Source: Paraspadella gotoi
Lineage: Eukaryota > Animalia > Chaetognatha
NCBI GenBank assembly: GCA_051294375.1
Contig: CM119270.1
Coordinates: 21,712,650 to 21,774,864, forward strand
DNA: 62,215 nucleotides
Direction of reading: 5' to 3'
Numbering within the stretch: position 1 is the stretch's first letter; each line of letters starts with the position of its first letter. The notes under the pieces were generated by a model, which worked only from the letters and a program-made list of their open reading frames with translations, ran no database searches and was not told the DNA's origin. Below, in pieces: positions 25,929 through 39,273 of this stretch. Both the position numbers and the translations under genes were made by a program.

Positions 25929-27434
25929 NNNNNNNNNNNNNNNNNNNNNNNNNAGAGAGAGAGTAAATGATGGATGAAAGGGAGGGTGGAGAGGGAGAGG
26001 GAGAGAGAGAGAGAGAGGGTGAGATAGAGAAAAGAGGGGAAGCGGATTTTGGCGGTCAGAAAGAGAAGGGAATAGAAATTCTGAAAAATATATATCACTT
26101 AATAGAGCCAAGCATTCTGGAAGTCAAAAACTTTTACTGAGAGAATCTTTTATGGAAAGCAAGGAGGAACTTTCAATGTTGATGGCATTACGGTGAATTA
26201 GTCAAGGGCAAGATAGCTTATTTAATAATTATATTCGATTAAAAGATAATCCTGTATTAATTTTACTAGTTTTATTAAAATTTCACCAACTACTAGTTAT
26301 CGCTCTTGTTTTAGCCTAACAAAACTTTAAAGGGAGACCGAAAATTTCTATCAATTTTGCAAAGAAACTTCGGTTTATGGAAGAATAATAAATATTATTT
26401 TTTTCCTTTTGGATCCAATGAGGTGGACATTTGACCCTAAGGCAGAAATGGGAATAAAGATTTTTGCTATGAGGGGTAAAAAAAATGGGGTTTATTGGGC
26501 ATGAAGGGGTGTTAAGGAGATAAGGGGTGGAAAGCACAGGAAATTGGGCCTTATTTTCCTAGAACGCCCCATATCCTAAATTTAGAATTAAATTAAGTTA
26601 AGGGTTAGGGTTAGTTGGTAAGGTTAATAAGTAGGGTTTAATGTTAAGGGTTAATATTAAAAATTAAGAATAATGGTTTAGAGTTCGGGATTAGTGTTAA
26701 AGAAAAAGGTTAAAAATTATAAATTTAATATTATGTTTAAGTTAAAGGATAAAGGAACAGAAAAGGGATGCTCTTGGAAAAGAGAGCCGATGATAATTGG
26801 CAGATGGCAACGAGGAGATAATTTGATTTTTATAATTGTATTTAATATTATAACATATAGAATTTTATAAATGGTAAATAATTTTAGGGGCGGAGACGAG
26901 GGGGTGCAAAGAGCCGCGAAAAGGGCACGGGGCTTAAAAGAGCCCCGTGACACAGAGGGCAGAAAAGGTTCGAGCCCCCGGCGTCGATCTAAGGGGGCTA
27001 TCGGGCCTAAGAGAGTGGGAGGGAGGGCGGAGCGTAGGGGCGAATGAACAAGAAAAGTCATTTAAATGTGTTGCGCGGCAGTAACTTTCTTATTATGTGT
27101 TTTTTTGGTTGATTATGTGACTGAATAACTATAAAATATATGTGAAACAAAACGTTTTATGTTTGAACACTTATCTGCAAAGTTTCAAATAAATCAAAAA
27201 AATATTACATGCAATATACCATATTTAATACGTAATCTGTTTTAAAAATCTGTTTAAAAACTGAAAAAAACTTAGTATTTTAAAAATTATGCTTGATTGA
27301 ATTTTTGGTCATGTGATTTTAAGTTATCACGTGGCTGCACAAGTATAAAGGACTTTTGATATCTTAACTTCTTACAATATGTATATACAATATTGTATAA
27401 TTAATTATTACAATATTATACCTTAAAATGTATG

Positions 27435-27500
27435 TGAGACAGACCAGCCGACCGACCGACCGACAAGGTTCTCAGCGAGTACTCGCGGCGCAACTAAAAA
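27435..27500 (+). mobile_element. Helentron/HINE (DINE-1-like) 3' end
   Basis: (ACCG)n microsatellite followed by a short palindrome (GCGAGTACTCGC) and CAACTAAAAA. Similar ends at ~20441-20480, ~43005-43050, ~43750-43812 (rc) and 53861-53925. Confidence 0.5.
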
Positions 27501-29019
27501 CGTTTAAAGACACGCGGCCCTGAGGCTGATGAGCTGAGCCGTCGGGACTAAACGAGGAATTAAGGATTAGATAGATGGCGGCACAGTTTTTGTCGACAGA
27601 AAATAAAAGGGAAATTGATGGATGATTTATTTTTCAATTAATTATTGATGAAGGATTAATAAAAAAAACATTTAAAATCTGAGAGAGGTTGAGACTTTAG
27701 CTATTAAATAATAGTACTATAAAATTTATTTTCAGTGGAAAAACTGAGAATATCGATCATAGGTTTATCCTAGAATTGTTCTATTATTAAGAAGGTGAGA
27801 TAGAAATCAAAATTAAATCATTCATAGTTAGAAGTGAGGAAGAAAGAGTAGGAATTTGATTTAAAATATTAATGAAATTAAACTTATTACGAAAAGGAAA
27901 GACAAGAGAAGAGAAAAAAAAGAATTAAAAAAAAGAAAGAAAAAACATTTAAAAATGTAGTAAAGATGCTAAAATGAAATGAGAATAAAAAAAAGAAAAT
28001 AGAAAAGGAAAAACTACAAATAGAAAATAAAAAATGGCGAAATGGAAATAGAATGAGAAAAGTAGATTCTCGATTTTGGAGGGAAAAAAGAGAGAAAAAG
28101 AAAGAAGAAATATAAGGAAAAAAAATAAGAAAAAAGTTAAAAGCCTCAAAAAATGAAATTTATGAACTGAGAAAACCAATGAAAGAGAAGAGGGGAAAAG
28201 AGAAGAGAAGAGAAGAGAAGAGAAGAGAAGAGAAGAGAAGAGAAGAGAAGAGAAAAAAAGAAACGAAAAGAGTACGATATAGATAAGAGGAATCGTAGAC
28301 TAAAAAAGTCGACAAAAGACAAAACGATCTTCCCAAAATTAAAAAGATCGCAATAAAATGTGGCAAATTACATTTCCTCGCCGCTTTTTTTCCATTACTT
28401 TAAAGAATAAGCATTGATTCTTTAATCTCATTTGCATTTTGCCGTATGTCTTAAAAGCTTTCCTTGTTACCTTGTCGGCGTTATCACTGTTTCTCTTTGC
28501 CAAAATCTGCCATTTATTTTAAAAGTATACAAATGTGTTTTTTAAAGAGCGCGCTAACTGTACAGTGCTACATGAAAGATCATTTATATATATTAACGAT
28601 TGAACCTTAGTATCAATTTCTCACACTGTTTACTTGAACAATAATTTCGAAATTACAATTAAATTTTTCATTTGTAATTTTGCAATCCTTTTATGTCATT
28701 TACGTCACTTACGTCATGTCGGGTATATTTCTATAGAGCTTTGATGTCCTATTAGGTCATTTTATTTTATCACTCTGCGTTTTCACTGTCATCGTGGTTT
28801 TTTAAATTTAAAAAAAAAATCTTGCATTCCTCATCTGTCCCACTCCCCCCTTCTAGAAAAAAACAATTCAGCGTCGGTAGTATTCTCTTTCCTTAAAAAT
28901 ATTAAAATTTTGAAATAAAGTAAGAAAATGTAGCGTCTTATTTAGTTTTCAAATCTTCAGAGTTAGACATAAATTCAGTTGCGTTTGGATTCGCATCTGC
29001 AGCCACAAACCTTATAACT

Positions 29020-29340
29020 TAATCCCCTTTTCTCCTAATCCCCATTTCTCTTTTCCCCCTTTCCCAAATACCTTTCCTCAAATCCCCTCTTCCTTTTCCC
29101 CAAATCCCTTTTTTCCAAATCCCCTTTTCCCTTTCCCNNNNNNNNNNNNNNNNNNNNNNNNNGTTCCCAAATCCCCTCTTCCCTTTACCCTGATCCCTCT
29201 TCCCTTTCCCCAAATTTCTCTTCCCTTTCCCCCTAATTCCCTTTTCCCTTTCCCAAATTTCCTCTTCCCTTTCCCCCTAATCCCCTCTTCCCTTTCCCCA
29301 AATTTCCTCTTCCCTTCCCCTAATCCCATCTTCCCTTTCC
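29020..29340. repeat. ~21-bp CT-rich minisatellite (CCCAAATCCCCTCTTCCCTTT), spans a 25-N gap
   Basis: Repeated units on both sides of the gap at 29138-29162. Confidence 0.8.
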
Positions 29341-31471
29341 CAAAATCTCTCTCTCATCCCTCCTCTTTCCTTCCTCACAATTCCAGTTGACGGACTTTGC
29401 GAATCCAGACCTCATGAAACGGCTAGCGGCGGCAGCAACGGCGCGGCAGCAGCTGCCTCAGCGCGGCAGCGGCGGCGGCGGCGGCGCATCGTAATATGCA
29501 TGAAGCGTGGGCGCCGCGTCTTGAACGACGCTATCGCTGGAGCCTTGCCCTTAAATGACCGCTTAGGCACAAGGACCAGAAAAGTTTACTTTTCGTTGGT
29601 ATCCTTATTAAATGTTACTTGATTAGATCTCTTGCAGGATGACTTGTATTACTGTATTAATCACACTTCAATATTATTCAATTTATCTGGTCCTTATCAG
29701 CTCGTAAACCTCTCAATGCCCTCAACTGACTTCATCTGCCCTAATTTCATCTCATCTGCTTTAACCGCACTTATCTGCCTCTAAAGCGCTAATCTTGCCC
29801 ATAATATCCCTAATCCACCCAATAAAACCTAATTTGCCATATTTCTAATTACAATCGATGAGAAATCAGTTTTTACATCAACTTATTTTCTGTTTCTTTC
29901 TTTTTTTTTTTTAATTTTTTTCATCCATTTCACTTCTTTTTTTCTTCTGGTTTTTAGTTCTGGATTTTTTTCTCCACCCACTCTGCCTCTTTCTTTACTT
30001 TCTTTCTTTTCTTTCTTCTTCTTTCTTTCTTCTTTCTTTCTTTCTTCTTTCTTTCTTTCTTTCTTTCTTTCTGTTCTTTCTCTGCCTTTATATCCCTTTT
30101 TCTTTCTTCTCGGCTCGTACTTTCTTTAGGTCAGCCAGTCGTTTGCTTCTCTTGGCTCTCCTCTCTCTCTCTCTCTCCTCTCTCTCGTCTCTCTCTGCTC
30201 TCTCTCTCTCTCTCTTTATCTTTCGCTTCTCTTTCTCTCTCCCACTGTCTGTTTTCTTTGCCTCTCTCTCGCTCATGCCCCTCTCTCTCCCTCTTATTTC
30301 CGTTCACACTACAGGGTCCTCCTCCTTCTTTTTAGTGTATTACAATTGTTTTTAAATAATGAGAAAGAAATGGAGAAACCAATCAAGTAAACAATCTCTC
30401 TCTTAATCCCCTCTTCCCTTTCTCCAAATCCCCTCCTCTCTTTCCCTTCCCTTCACCCAATTCCCAGTTGGACGGACTTTGCGAATCCAAGACCTCATGA
30501 AACGCAGCGGCGGCAGCAGCGGCGGCGGCAGCAGCTGCCTCAGCGGCGGCAGCGGCGGCGGCGGCGGCAGCGATCGTAATATGCATGAAGCGGGGCGCCG
30601 CGTCCTTTGACACGACCGCTATCGCTGGGGACCTTGCCCTTTAAAATGACCGCTTAGGCACAAGACCAGAAAAGTTACTTTTGTTGTATCCTTTATTTAA
30701 ATGTACTTGATTAGATCTCTTGCAGGATGACTTGTATTACTGTATTGAATCACACTTCAATATTATTCAATTTATCTGTCCTTATCAGCTCTATAACCTC
30801 TCATATGCCCTCAACTGACTTCATCTGCCCTAATTTCATCTCATCTGCTTTAACCGCACTTATCTGCCCTCAACAGCGCTAATCTGCCCATGAATATCCC
30901 CTAATCCACCCTAATTAAAACCTTAATTTGCCATATTTTAATTTACAATCGATGAGAAATCAGTTTTTTACTCAACTTATTTTCTTTTCTTTTTCTTTTT
31001 TTTTTTATATTTTTTTCCATCTCATTTCACTTCTTTTTTTTCTTCTGGTTTTTAGTTCTGGATTTTTTTTCTCCACTCCACTCTGCCTCTTTCTCTTTCT
31101 TTCTTTCTTTCTTTCTTTCTTTTTCTTTCTTTCTTTTTTCTTTCTTTTCTTTGTCTTTCTCTGCCTTTATATCCCTTTTTCTTTTCTTCTCGGCTCGTAC
31201 TTTCTTAGGTCACAGTCGTTTGCTCTCTCTCTCGGCTCTCCTCTCTCTCTCTCTCTCGGCTCTTCGTGCTCTCGTCTCTGCTCTCTCTCTCTCTCTTTAT
31301 CTTTCCGCTTCTCTTTCCTCTCCACTGTCTTTTTCTTTGCCTCTCTCTCGCTCTCCCCTCTCTCTCCCTCTTTATTTCCTTCACACTACAGGGTCCTCCT
31401 CCTTCTCTTTAGTTATTACAATTGTTTTTAAATAATAGAAAGAAATGGAGAAACCAATCAAGTAAACAATC
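29335..31471. repeat. ~1.07-kb direct tandem duplication (copies ~29335-30396 and ~30397-31471), probable artefact
   Basis: Both copies run from CCAGTTG(G)ACGGACTTTGCGAATCC through a GCG/GCA repeat to GGAGAAA(A)CCAATCAAGTAAACAATC. They differ mainly by single-base indels and follow the 25-N gap and its flanking minisatellite. Confidence 0.9.
30468..30657 (+). CDS. Possible exon with Gly/Ser (or Ala) trinucleotide repeat; duplicated at ~29387-29566
   Basis: GC-rich island after a pyrimidine tract and CCAG acceptor. A consensus of the two copies can read LTDFANPDLMKRSGGSSGGG...SDRNMHEAGRRVLDDAIAGALPLNDRL. No canonical donor seen and the frame needs indel correction. Confidence 0.25.
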
Positions 31472-32224
31472 GCAAAGACTTATTTCTATTTTTAGAAAAA
31501 GTTACTCGTCGAGACGAAAAATTCTCCCGCATCGAAAATTCTGTGTCACTGAACTTTAAATTGCGTCAATAAAAGAAAAAACAAATAAAAAACTGCAAGA
31601 ATTTGCTGAAAAAAAAAAATCAGTTGTTTTTTTAATTTCTTCAAGATTGAATATAGGCAATCCATAGAAAGAAACAATTGTATATTAATTACGACGAAGC
31701 AAAAAATACGTTAACGGAACTCTCATTTGTCACGTGACCCACGAAACCCATAAANNNNNNNNNNNNNNNNNNNNNNNNNNNNNNNNNNNNNNNNNNNNNN
31801 NNNNNNNNNNNNNNNNNNNNNNNNNNNNNNNNNNNNNNNNNNNNNNNNNNNNNNNNNNNNNNNNNNNNNNNNNNNNNNNNNNNNNNNNNNNNNNNNNNNN
31901 NNNNNNNNNNNNNNNNNNNNNNNNNNNNNNNNNNNNNNNNNNNNNNNNNNNNNNNNNNNNNNNNNNNNNNNNNNNNNNNNNNNNNNNNNNNNNNNNNNNN
32001 NNNNNNNNNNNNNNNNNNNNNNNNNNNNNNNNNNNNNNNNNNNNNNNNNNNNNNNNNNNNNNNNNNNNNNNNNNNNNNNNNNNNNNNNNNNNNNNNNNNN
32101 NNNNNNNNNNNNNNNNNNNNNNNNNNNNNNNNNNNNNNNNNNNNNNNNNNNNNNNNNNNNNNNNNNNNNNNNNNNNNNNNNNNNNNNNNNNNNNNNNNNN
32201 NNNNNNNNNNGAACATAAATGCGG

Positions 32225-32563
32225 TCACGTGACATAAAAGAAGACGAAATCAAATGAACCAAAAAATTCCTCGCCACCTTAAGATGGCGTTGGGCGGGGC
32301 GGGGGGCGGAACGGGGAGGAAGAGGTGGCCGGACAGAGCACGGACCTTTACCTTGTCTCTCTCTCTCTCGCTCTGCTCTCTCTCTCGTCTCCCTCTCTTC
32401 TCGCTCTCCCTTCCCGTCTCTTTCCACCTCTCTAGTTTCCTCCCCGTTCACCCTGCTCTCTCCCCAGCTCCTCCTCACAACTGCATCGTATTCATCTCAG
32501 GGGGCGAAAGCGATGGGCGCGGAGCGTGCTGCGCGGGGCGATGATGGACCCACGAGGGGGCGC
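32225..32563. promoter_or_regulatory. GC-rich promoter-like island: E-box, YY1-like, GC boxes, CTCF-like site
   Basis: GTCACGTGAC 32225; AAGATGGCG 32281; GGGCGGGGCGGGGGGCGG ~32292-32309; CCACGAGGGGGCGC 32550-32563. Confidence 0.45.
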
Positions 32564-33028
32564 CCTCTTGATCCCCCAGGGGAGAGAGAGAAAGATGAAG
32601 AGACGAGCGACTGGGCGACGCCGTCCGTAGGCGAAAAGTTTGAGCGATGAGTCGATAAAGGTGGGGAGGAGGAGAGAGATGAGGAGATGAGAGAGAGAGG
32701 AGAGAGAGAGAGGAAGGAGAGATGAGAGATGGAGAGACGGAGAGAGGAGCAGAGAAAGAAGATGAGATGGAGAGGTAATTGTTCTAATTGGGATTCAATT
32801 AAGGTGCGAATGAAAGATGGTTGGAGAAAAGAATGACCTTGTGATGGACAGTGAAAGAGGACAAGAGTAAGAGACAAACATTTCTAATAACCTAATTCAA
32901 AATGTTGTCTTGTATATTATTTAATATTATATATAAATTAGGGAGATTGAACTATTTGATGAGAGAAAAGAATGAAGAAAGACAGCGACAACTACTAGTC
33001 GAGCATTGCAATAAGTTCACCTTGCCTA

Positions 33029-33106
33029 TAGGTACCGGGATCGATCCCCAGTGATACCCACCCTGCGGGAAGCCTGATGACGGTCTTAAAACTCCTTCGG
33101 GGCCTC
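33029..33106 (+). mobile_element. Short dispersed repeat, SINE-like (copy 2)
   Basis: Homologous to the reverse complement of 13289-13366; contains CCGGGATCGATCCCC. Confidence 0.55.
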
Positions 33107-33147
33107 AAAAACCTTCAAGACTGGTTCCAAGCCCAAGACCCGTTCCA

Positions 33148-33516
33148 TTGCTGCTAGAGGAGGTTGAAGAAGTTGCGGATAGAAAACTTCTACCCACGTT
33201 TTATCCACATATTAACCACGAAAGCCACAAAGAAAAGAAATGCAAGAAGAGCAACCACAAAGTGACCACAATTCAAGTCAAAGTCAACGACGACGACGAT
33301 GACGACGACGACGATGACGACAACACCTTCTTCAACGTCACCATCGTCTTTAAAATCTAGAAGACGACGACGATGACGATGACGACGACGACGACGATGA
33401 AGACGACGACAACGACAACAACGACTCCATCTCGGTAGGCGTGGTCCCCGAGGAGTCATCAGCTTCTCATCATCGTCGTCGCCGTAGATGGCGAAAGAGG
33501 GTGCGAAGAGGCTGTG
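33148..33516 (+). CDS. Possible exon: Asp-rich tract then basic cluster ending RKRVRRGC at a phase-1 donor
   Basis: The frame from 33357 reads LEDDD...NDSISVGVVPEESSASHHRRRRRWRKRVRRGC then G|GTAAGG (33517). Joining it to upstream ORF 33148-33360 needs a frameshift. Confidence 0.25.
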
Positions 33517-33954
33517 GTAAGGGGCCGAGCCCGATGGGGCAGAGGATTTACGTAAAGATGGCAGATTCGGGAAAGTTTTCTCAGGTTAAAAGGTAAGGTT
33601 TTTTTAAAAGGGAATCGCTAATGCGGTTTGGTGAAAGGAGATCGTGAAGCGATGAGAGTTTCGAGTGATAGTGAGTCACGCTGGAGCGAAGTGTGAGAGT
33701 TCACAAGTCAGGTTTCTCTTCTCAAATGTGTGAGGGTACACTAGAGTAAGGATTCACAATCACCGATGCGAAGGAAGAGAAAGAAAGTTAACGAGGATCA
33801 CATTGGATTTCGATTGATTTTTAATGATTATTGAAAATAAATATTAAGTTCTATTTAGAGGAATTGAAGTTATTTACATTTGAGTCGAATTCGTGAGTTA
33901 CTTAATCGGGTGATCGAAGATTCGGAAAAGGTGAAAAGGTGAAAATGTTTTCGG

Positions 33955-34040
<86 letters not shown>

Positions 34041-35028
34041 AGGACAGTGAGTGTCATTTGTTAAATCTGTAGTTGTAAATGTCATTGATAAATCATAAGA
34101 AAACAGTAGAGATCCAGAGTGAATTATTAAGAAATCCCAGTGCTCGCTAAAATAAATTATTTTGTTTCACTTGTTTAAAGGCCGATTGTTATACCAAGGT
34201 TTTTCCCCCCTATTTCTCTCATCTTACACACATAAAGAAATGCAACATTGTAAAATTAGCCAATTTGCTTTTATATTGTCAAAAAATCGATTCAATTGTA
34301 TCTCGACTTAACATAAAAATGTTAGACAATGTCAATCTGTATTTAAAACAAAACCGTAATTAACGATTTACACGAAACATTCTTTAATTAAAACATAATC
34401 AATTTAAGATTTATAATTGCATCGTAACATGAATCCAGGAGGCTAGTTCAGAATATGAATACGATTCTGAATCTAAATCCAAAAGCGAAAAGAGAAACGA
34501 ATTCATTTGGGACAAAATTCATTCTGAATCGATGAAGGAGGAAAATATGGATCGAGGAGGGGAAGGGNNNNNNNNNNNNNNNNNNNNNNNNNNNNNNNNN
34601 NNNNNNNNNNNNNNNNNNNNNNNNNNNNNNNNNNNNNNNNNNNNNNNNNNNNNNNNNNNNNNNNNNNNNNNNNNNNNNNNNNNNNNNNNNNNNNNNNNNN
34701 NNNNNNNNNNNNNNNNNNNNNNNNNNNNNNNNNNNNNNNNNNNNNNNNNNNNNNNNNNNNNNNNNNNNNNNNNNNNNNNNGGGAGGGGAAGAAGGAGGGG
34801 AAGGAGAGGGGAAATAATAACTTATGAAATAAAATAATATTAATCACATTCAGTCAGTTAAGAGTTATAACAACTCTATTCATTTCACTCTCATTTGAAA
34901 TCCGTGTATAAACGTGTGAGAGAGACGGAAACTTGGCGAAGCATAGTATTTCACAGCCTGGATGCCATCAATGCTGTGATTTTGTAGGTAGGCGCGTTGC
35001 TATAGTGACGCGGGAATGTATATAGAGA

Positions 35029-35202
35029 GAGTGGTTAAGAGTGGTGGTCATTAGTGGTGAGTGGTGGGGAGTTGCGCTGAGTGGTTGGGAGTGGTTAAGA
35101 GTGGTGTTCATTAGTGGTGAGAGGTGGGGAGTTGTGGTGAGTGGTTTGGAGTGGTCGTAAGGAGAGGAGGATGGATGGATGGATGGATGGATGGATGGAT
35201 GG
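35029..35202. repeat. 60-bp unit x2 (GAGTGGTTAAGAGTGGTG...) followed by (GGAT)n
   Basis: Lines starting 35041 and 35101 align column by column; (GGAT)n at ~35168-35202. Confidence 0.85.
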
Positions 35203-35535
35203 ACAGTTCCATCTAAATCGAGCAACACAGGAACATACATTGGAACATAGCAACAAAGGATCATACAACAGATGTATTGTATAACTTAGTCATTATGAAC
35301 ATTTAAACGAAAAAGACGAAATAATAAAAAAAGAAATAAATAAGACGATTAAGTAATAGAGAAATTATTAAAGGAATTAATAGAGAAACTAATTCGAATT
35401 TGGCGAATCTTTATAAGTTTTTTCAGTGAAGAATTTCACCAAAAACTTTGTTCACAATAATCTGATAAAAAGGCAGAGAAAGAGACAGACAGACTGATTA
35501 CAAAACAATTTTATTTGAGTTTTTTTTTAAATTAA

Positions 35536-35631
<96 letters not shown>

Positions 35632-37322
35632 CTCACCCGAGTTTTTCGTGAGATAAAAACATTTTTATCCGGACCTTTTAAAAAAAGTTAAAACAACTTG
35701 AAACGAAGACTACGATTCCACCAAGTCCACCGATTCCATAACGATTCCACCGATTCCCTTAAATCCAATTCCAGCGATACTCTTTTTTTCTCTGAGGAAA
35801 TTTCTAAGAAATGCTTCAAGGTTTCTATGGAAACGAAGTCGCGTTGGATCGAGAGATTAAAAGACTTTTAGCGAAAAAAAGATGAGATTTTAAAAAAAAA
35901 GGTTTTGATCAAAGGANNNNNNNNNNNNNNNNNNNNNNNNNNNNNNNNNNNNNNNNNNNNNNNNNNNNNNNNNNNNNNNNNNNNNNNNNNNNNNNNNNNN
36001 NNNNNNNNNNNNNNNNNNNNNNNNNNNNNNNNNNNNNNNNNNNNNNNNNNNNNNNNNNNNNNNNNNNNNNNNNNNNNNNNNNNNNNNNNNNNNNNNNNNN
36101 NNNNNNNNNNNNNNNNNNNNNNNNNNNNNNNNNNNNNNNNNNNNNNNNNNNNNNNNNNNNNNNNNNNNNNNNNNNNNNNNNNNNNNNNNNNNNNNNNNNN
36201 NNNNNNNNNNNNNNNNNNNNNNNNNNNNNNNNNNNNNNNNNNNNNNNNNNNNNNNNNNNNNNNNNNNNNNNNNNNNNNNNNNNNNNNNNNNNNNNNNNNN
36301 NNNNNNNNNNNNNNNNNNNNNNNNNNNNNNNNNNNNNNNNNNNNNNNNNNNNNNNNNNNNNNNNNNNNNNNNNNNNNNNNNNNNNNNNNNNNNNNNNNNN
36401 NNNNNNNNNNNNNNNNNNNNNNNNNNNNNNNNNNNNNNNNNNNNNNNNNNNNNNNNNNNNNNNNNNNNNNNNNNNCCTTTATTTTATTGTGACTTTTTTA
36501 TTTTTTGAAAATTCAATTTTTCGGTTTTTTTGAAAAAAAAATTGACAAGAAATATTTAAATTGAAAAAAAAATGGTTCAAGATTTTCTATCACTTGTTGT
36601 CAGCGAGTTTGATTTTATATCTAAAAAAAAAATTGTTTATGTCATTGACATGTTTGTTGCGAACATAATCTACGAAAACATAATTTAAGATATAAAGAGT
36701 ATTATTAATCTTGTTTCTTCTTGTTTTCGCGATCAAAATTTTTTCTTTTTTTTAATTTCTATTTTATTTTCATCCATTTTGTCTTCGTCATCCCATTTGT
36801 CAGCAATGGCTTATCAGTTTGTCATCGACATCCCCTTTGTCAGCAATGGACTTTTTCCTCCAATATTTCTCGTAACTTTTCCATCGACATTTTAAAATCA
36901 TTGATGTTGTCATCAGACTTTGCTTTTTATCTCTTGGTGGCGCCATTGCATTTGTTAGCCATTGCAGTTATTTGCCATTGCAGTTATTTGCAATCGCAGT
37001 TGCTTCTGGACAAGATTCCATTTTTTTTTAATTTGTGGAGATTTTATTTATTGTTACCAGAAATTATTGTTGTTTTTTTTTTAATAATTTTTTACTTTCC
37101 TTTTCTCTTATTTTCGTCAAGTTAGGAATAAATAAATAAGCAATTTCGCGGTAAAGACCGCTTACAATGTCGCCACCACTGATGCCAGAAACTCATCAGC
37201 GCAGAAATAAATGACTTGGAGAGAATTTAAAAAATTGTCATTCATAAAGAAATTAAAGAGACAAGAAAAAAATATTAGATTTCATATTTTGTTTGGATTT
37301 GATATTATTTTGAAATGCGTCG

Positions 37323-37440
<118 letters not shown>

Positions 37441-37441
37441 A

Positions 37442-37472
<31 letters not shown>

Positions 37473-37943
37473 AAAGAAATCAATATTGAAAAAAAATATC
37501 ATTAAGTTAATAGCGAAAAAAATGGAAAGTCAGGAAAAATTGAAGGTAAATGGAGAAAGGAAAGAAAAAGAAAAGAAAAAAAAAGATAAAATAAAAGAAA
37601 AGAAAAGAAAAGAAAAGAAAAGAAAAGAAAAAAAAGAAAAGAAAAGAAAAGAAAAGAAAAGAAAAGAAAAAAAGAGAAAAGAAAAAAAGAGAAAAGAAAA
37701 GAAAAAAAAAGAAAAGAAAAAAAAATAAAAGAGAAGAGAAGAGAAGAGAAGAAAAGAGAAGAGAAGAGAAGAGAAAATAAAAGAAAAGAAAAGAAAGGTA
37801 AAAGAGAAGTAAAAGTGGATCCAACGCGATGTCCGCTTCTCTCTTCTTCTTTCGCGCGAAAGACTAAGTTTAGGCTTTGAGTCACGTGACCGAAAAAGGA
37901 TGAGACGACTCATCCAACGACGGGACCCGTGAAAAGGGGGAGG

Positions 37944-37976
<33 letters not shown>

Positions 37977-38399
37977 CACGACGACGAACTAGACAACGAC
38001 GAAAATTACGACGATAAAGAGGACGAAAATTACGACGGTGACGTAGGCTAAGGTGCGCGGNNNNNNNNNNAAGACGTCGACTCGACTTTGACGGAAAAAA
38101 AGGAAATTGACCAATGAGAAGCTTTGGTTTTTTTGACCGGACCAATAAGGAGCGAAGTATGACGCGGAACTGAACCGGGCGATGTTAGCGACGCGGACCC
38201 ACGCGTGGGTGGTTTTACGAGACGTATGGAGGTCTATTGGAGTGGGAAGAGGAGGAGGAGTAAGAGGAGGAGGAGGAGGAGGAAGGAGAAGGGAAGATAA
38301 AACTGGAAAGTAAAGAAATAATGGAATAGAAAGAAGGGATGGAAAGAAGGGATGGAAAGAAAGATTGGAAAGAAAGGATGGAAAGAAGGGATGGAAAGA

Positions 38400-38751
38400 A
38401 GGGATGGAAAGAAGAAATGGAAGGAAAAGAAAGAAAGAGATTAAGGGACGGATAGAACGGACAAAAACGAGGGAGGGAAAGAAAGGATGGAAAGAAAAAA
38501 ATGGAAAGAAAAGATGGAAAGAAAGAAATGGAAAGAAAAGATGGAAAGAAAAAAATGGAAAGAAAAGATGGAAAGAAAGAAAAGGAAGTGAAAAAAAGTG
38601 ATAAAAAAGCGAAACAAAAAAGTCGTTAAAGTAAAGATTTGGGCAAAAAGTGGAAAAGGAAGTAAACAAAAGGAAGTACTACGAAAATAAAAGAATAAAA
38701 AAAAGAAATAAAGAGGAGAAAAAGTTAACATAAAAGGTAAAAAAGGGAATA

Positions 38752-38843
<92 letters not shown>

Positions 38844-39230
38844 CCGAAAAAAGACAAGCAAGACCAATGATTGGACGAGACAACTAACGAGATAAACCAA
38901 TCAAAACGAACAAAAGACAAACTCATCTCGTTCTACGCATCAAAACAAATACATTGTCTCATTTATCATTCCAGATTCATTTATTCTCTATTTATATTAA
39001 TAATTTTTTTTCAATTCTATTCATTTTCCTCAACTTTAATGACTCAACTCCGATGACATGAAGCGTCAAATTTAGAATATATGAATATTCATTTCGAGTT
39101 TTATTTTTTGGCAAAAAAAAAACAACTGAAAATTGAATTCATTTGACGAAAAACAAATGAAAAAAAAAAATTTCCGTGAAGTTTATTGTCCGAAAAACCG
39201 ACGAACCGACAGACCAACTAAGAGTGAAAT

Positions 39231-39273
<43 letters not shown>

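Noticed and set aside
26580-26700. True telomere or chromosome fusion site
   Set aside because: Only isolated perfect TTAGGG units in short degenerate interstitial tracts.
30390-30430. PacBio adapter remnant at the direct-duplication junction (ATCTCTCTCTT...)
   Set aside because: A similar ATCTCTCTCTC precedes the first copy and the GTTGTTGTTG part of the adapter is absent.
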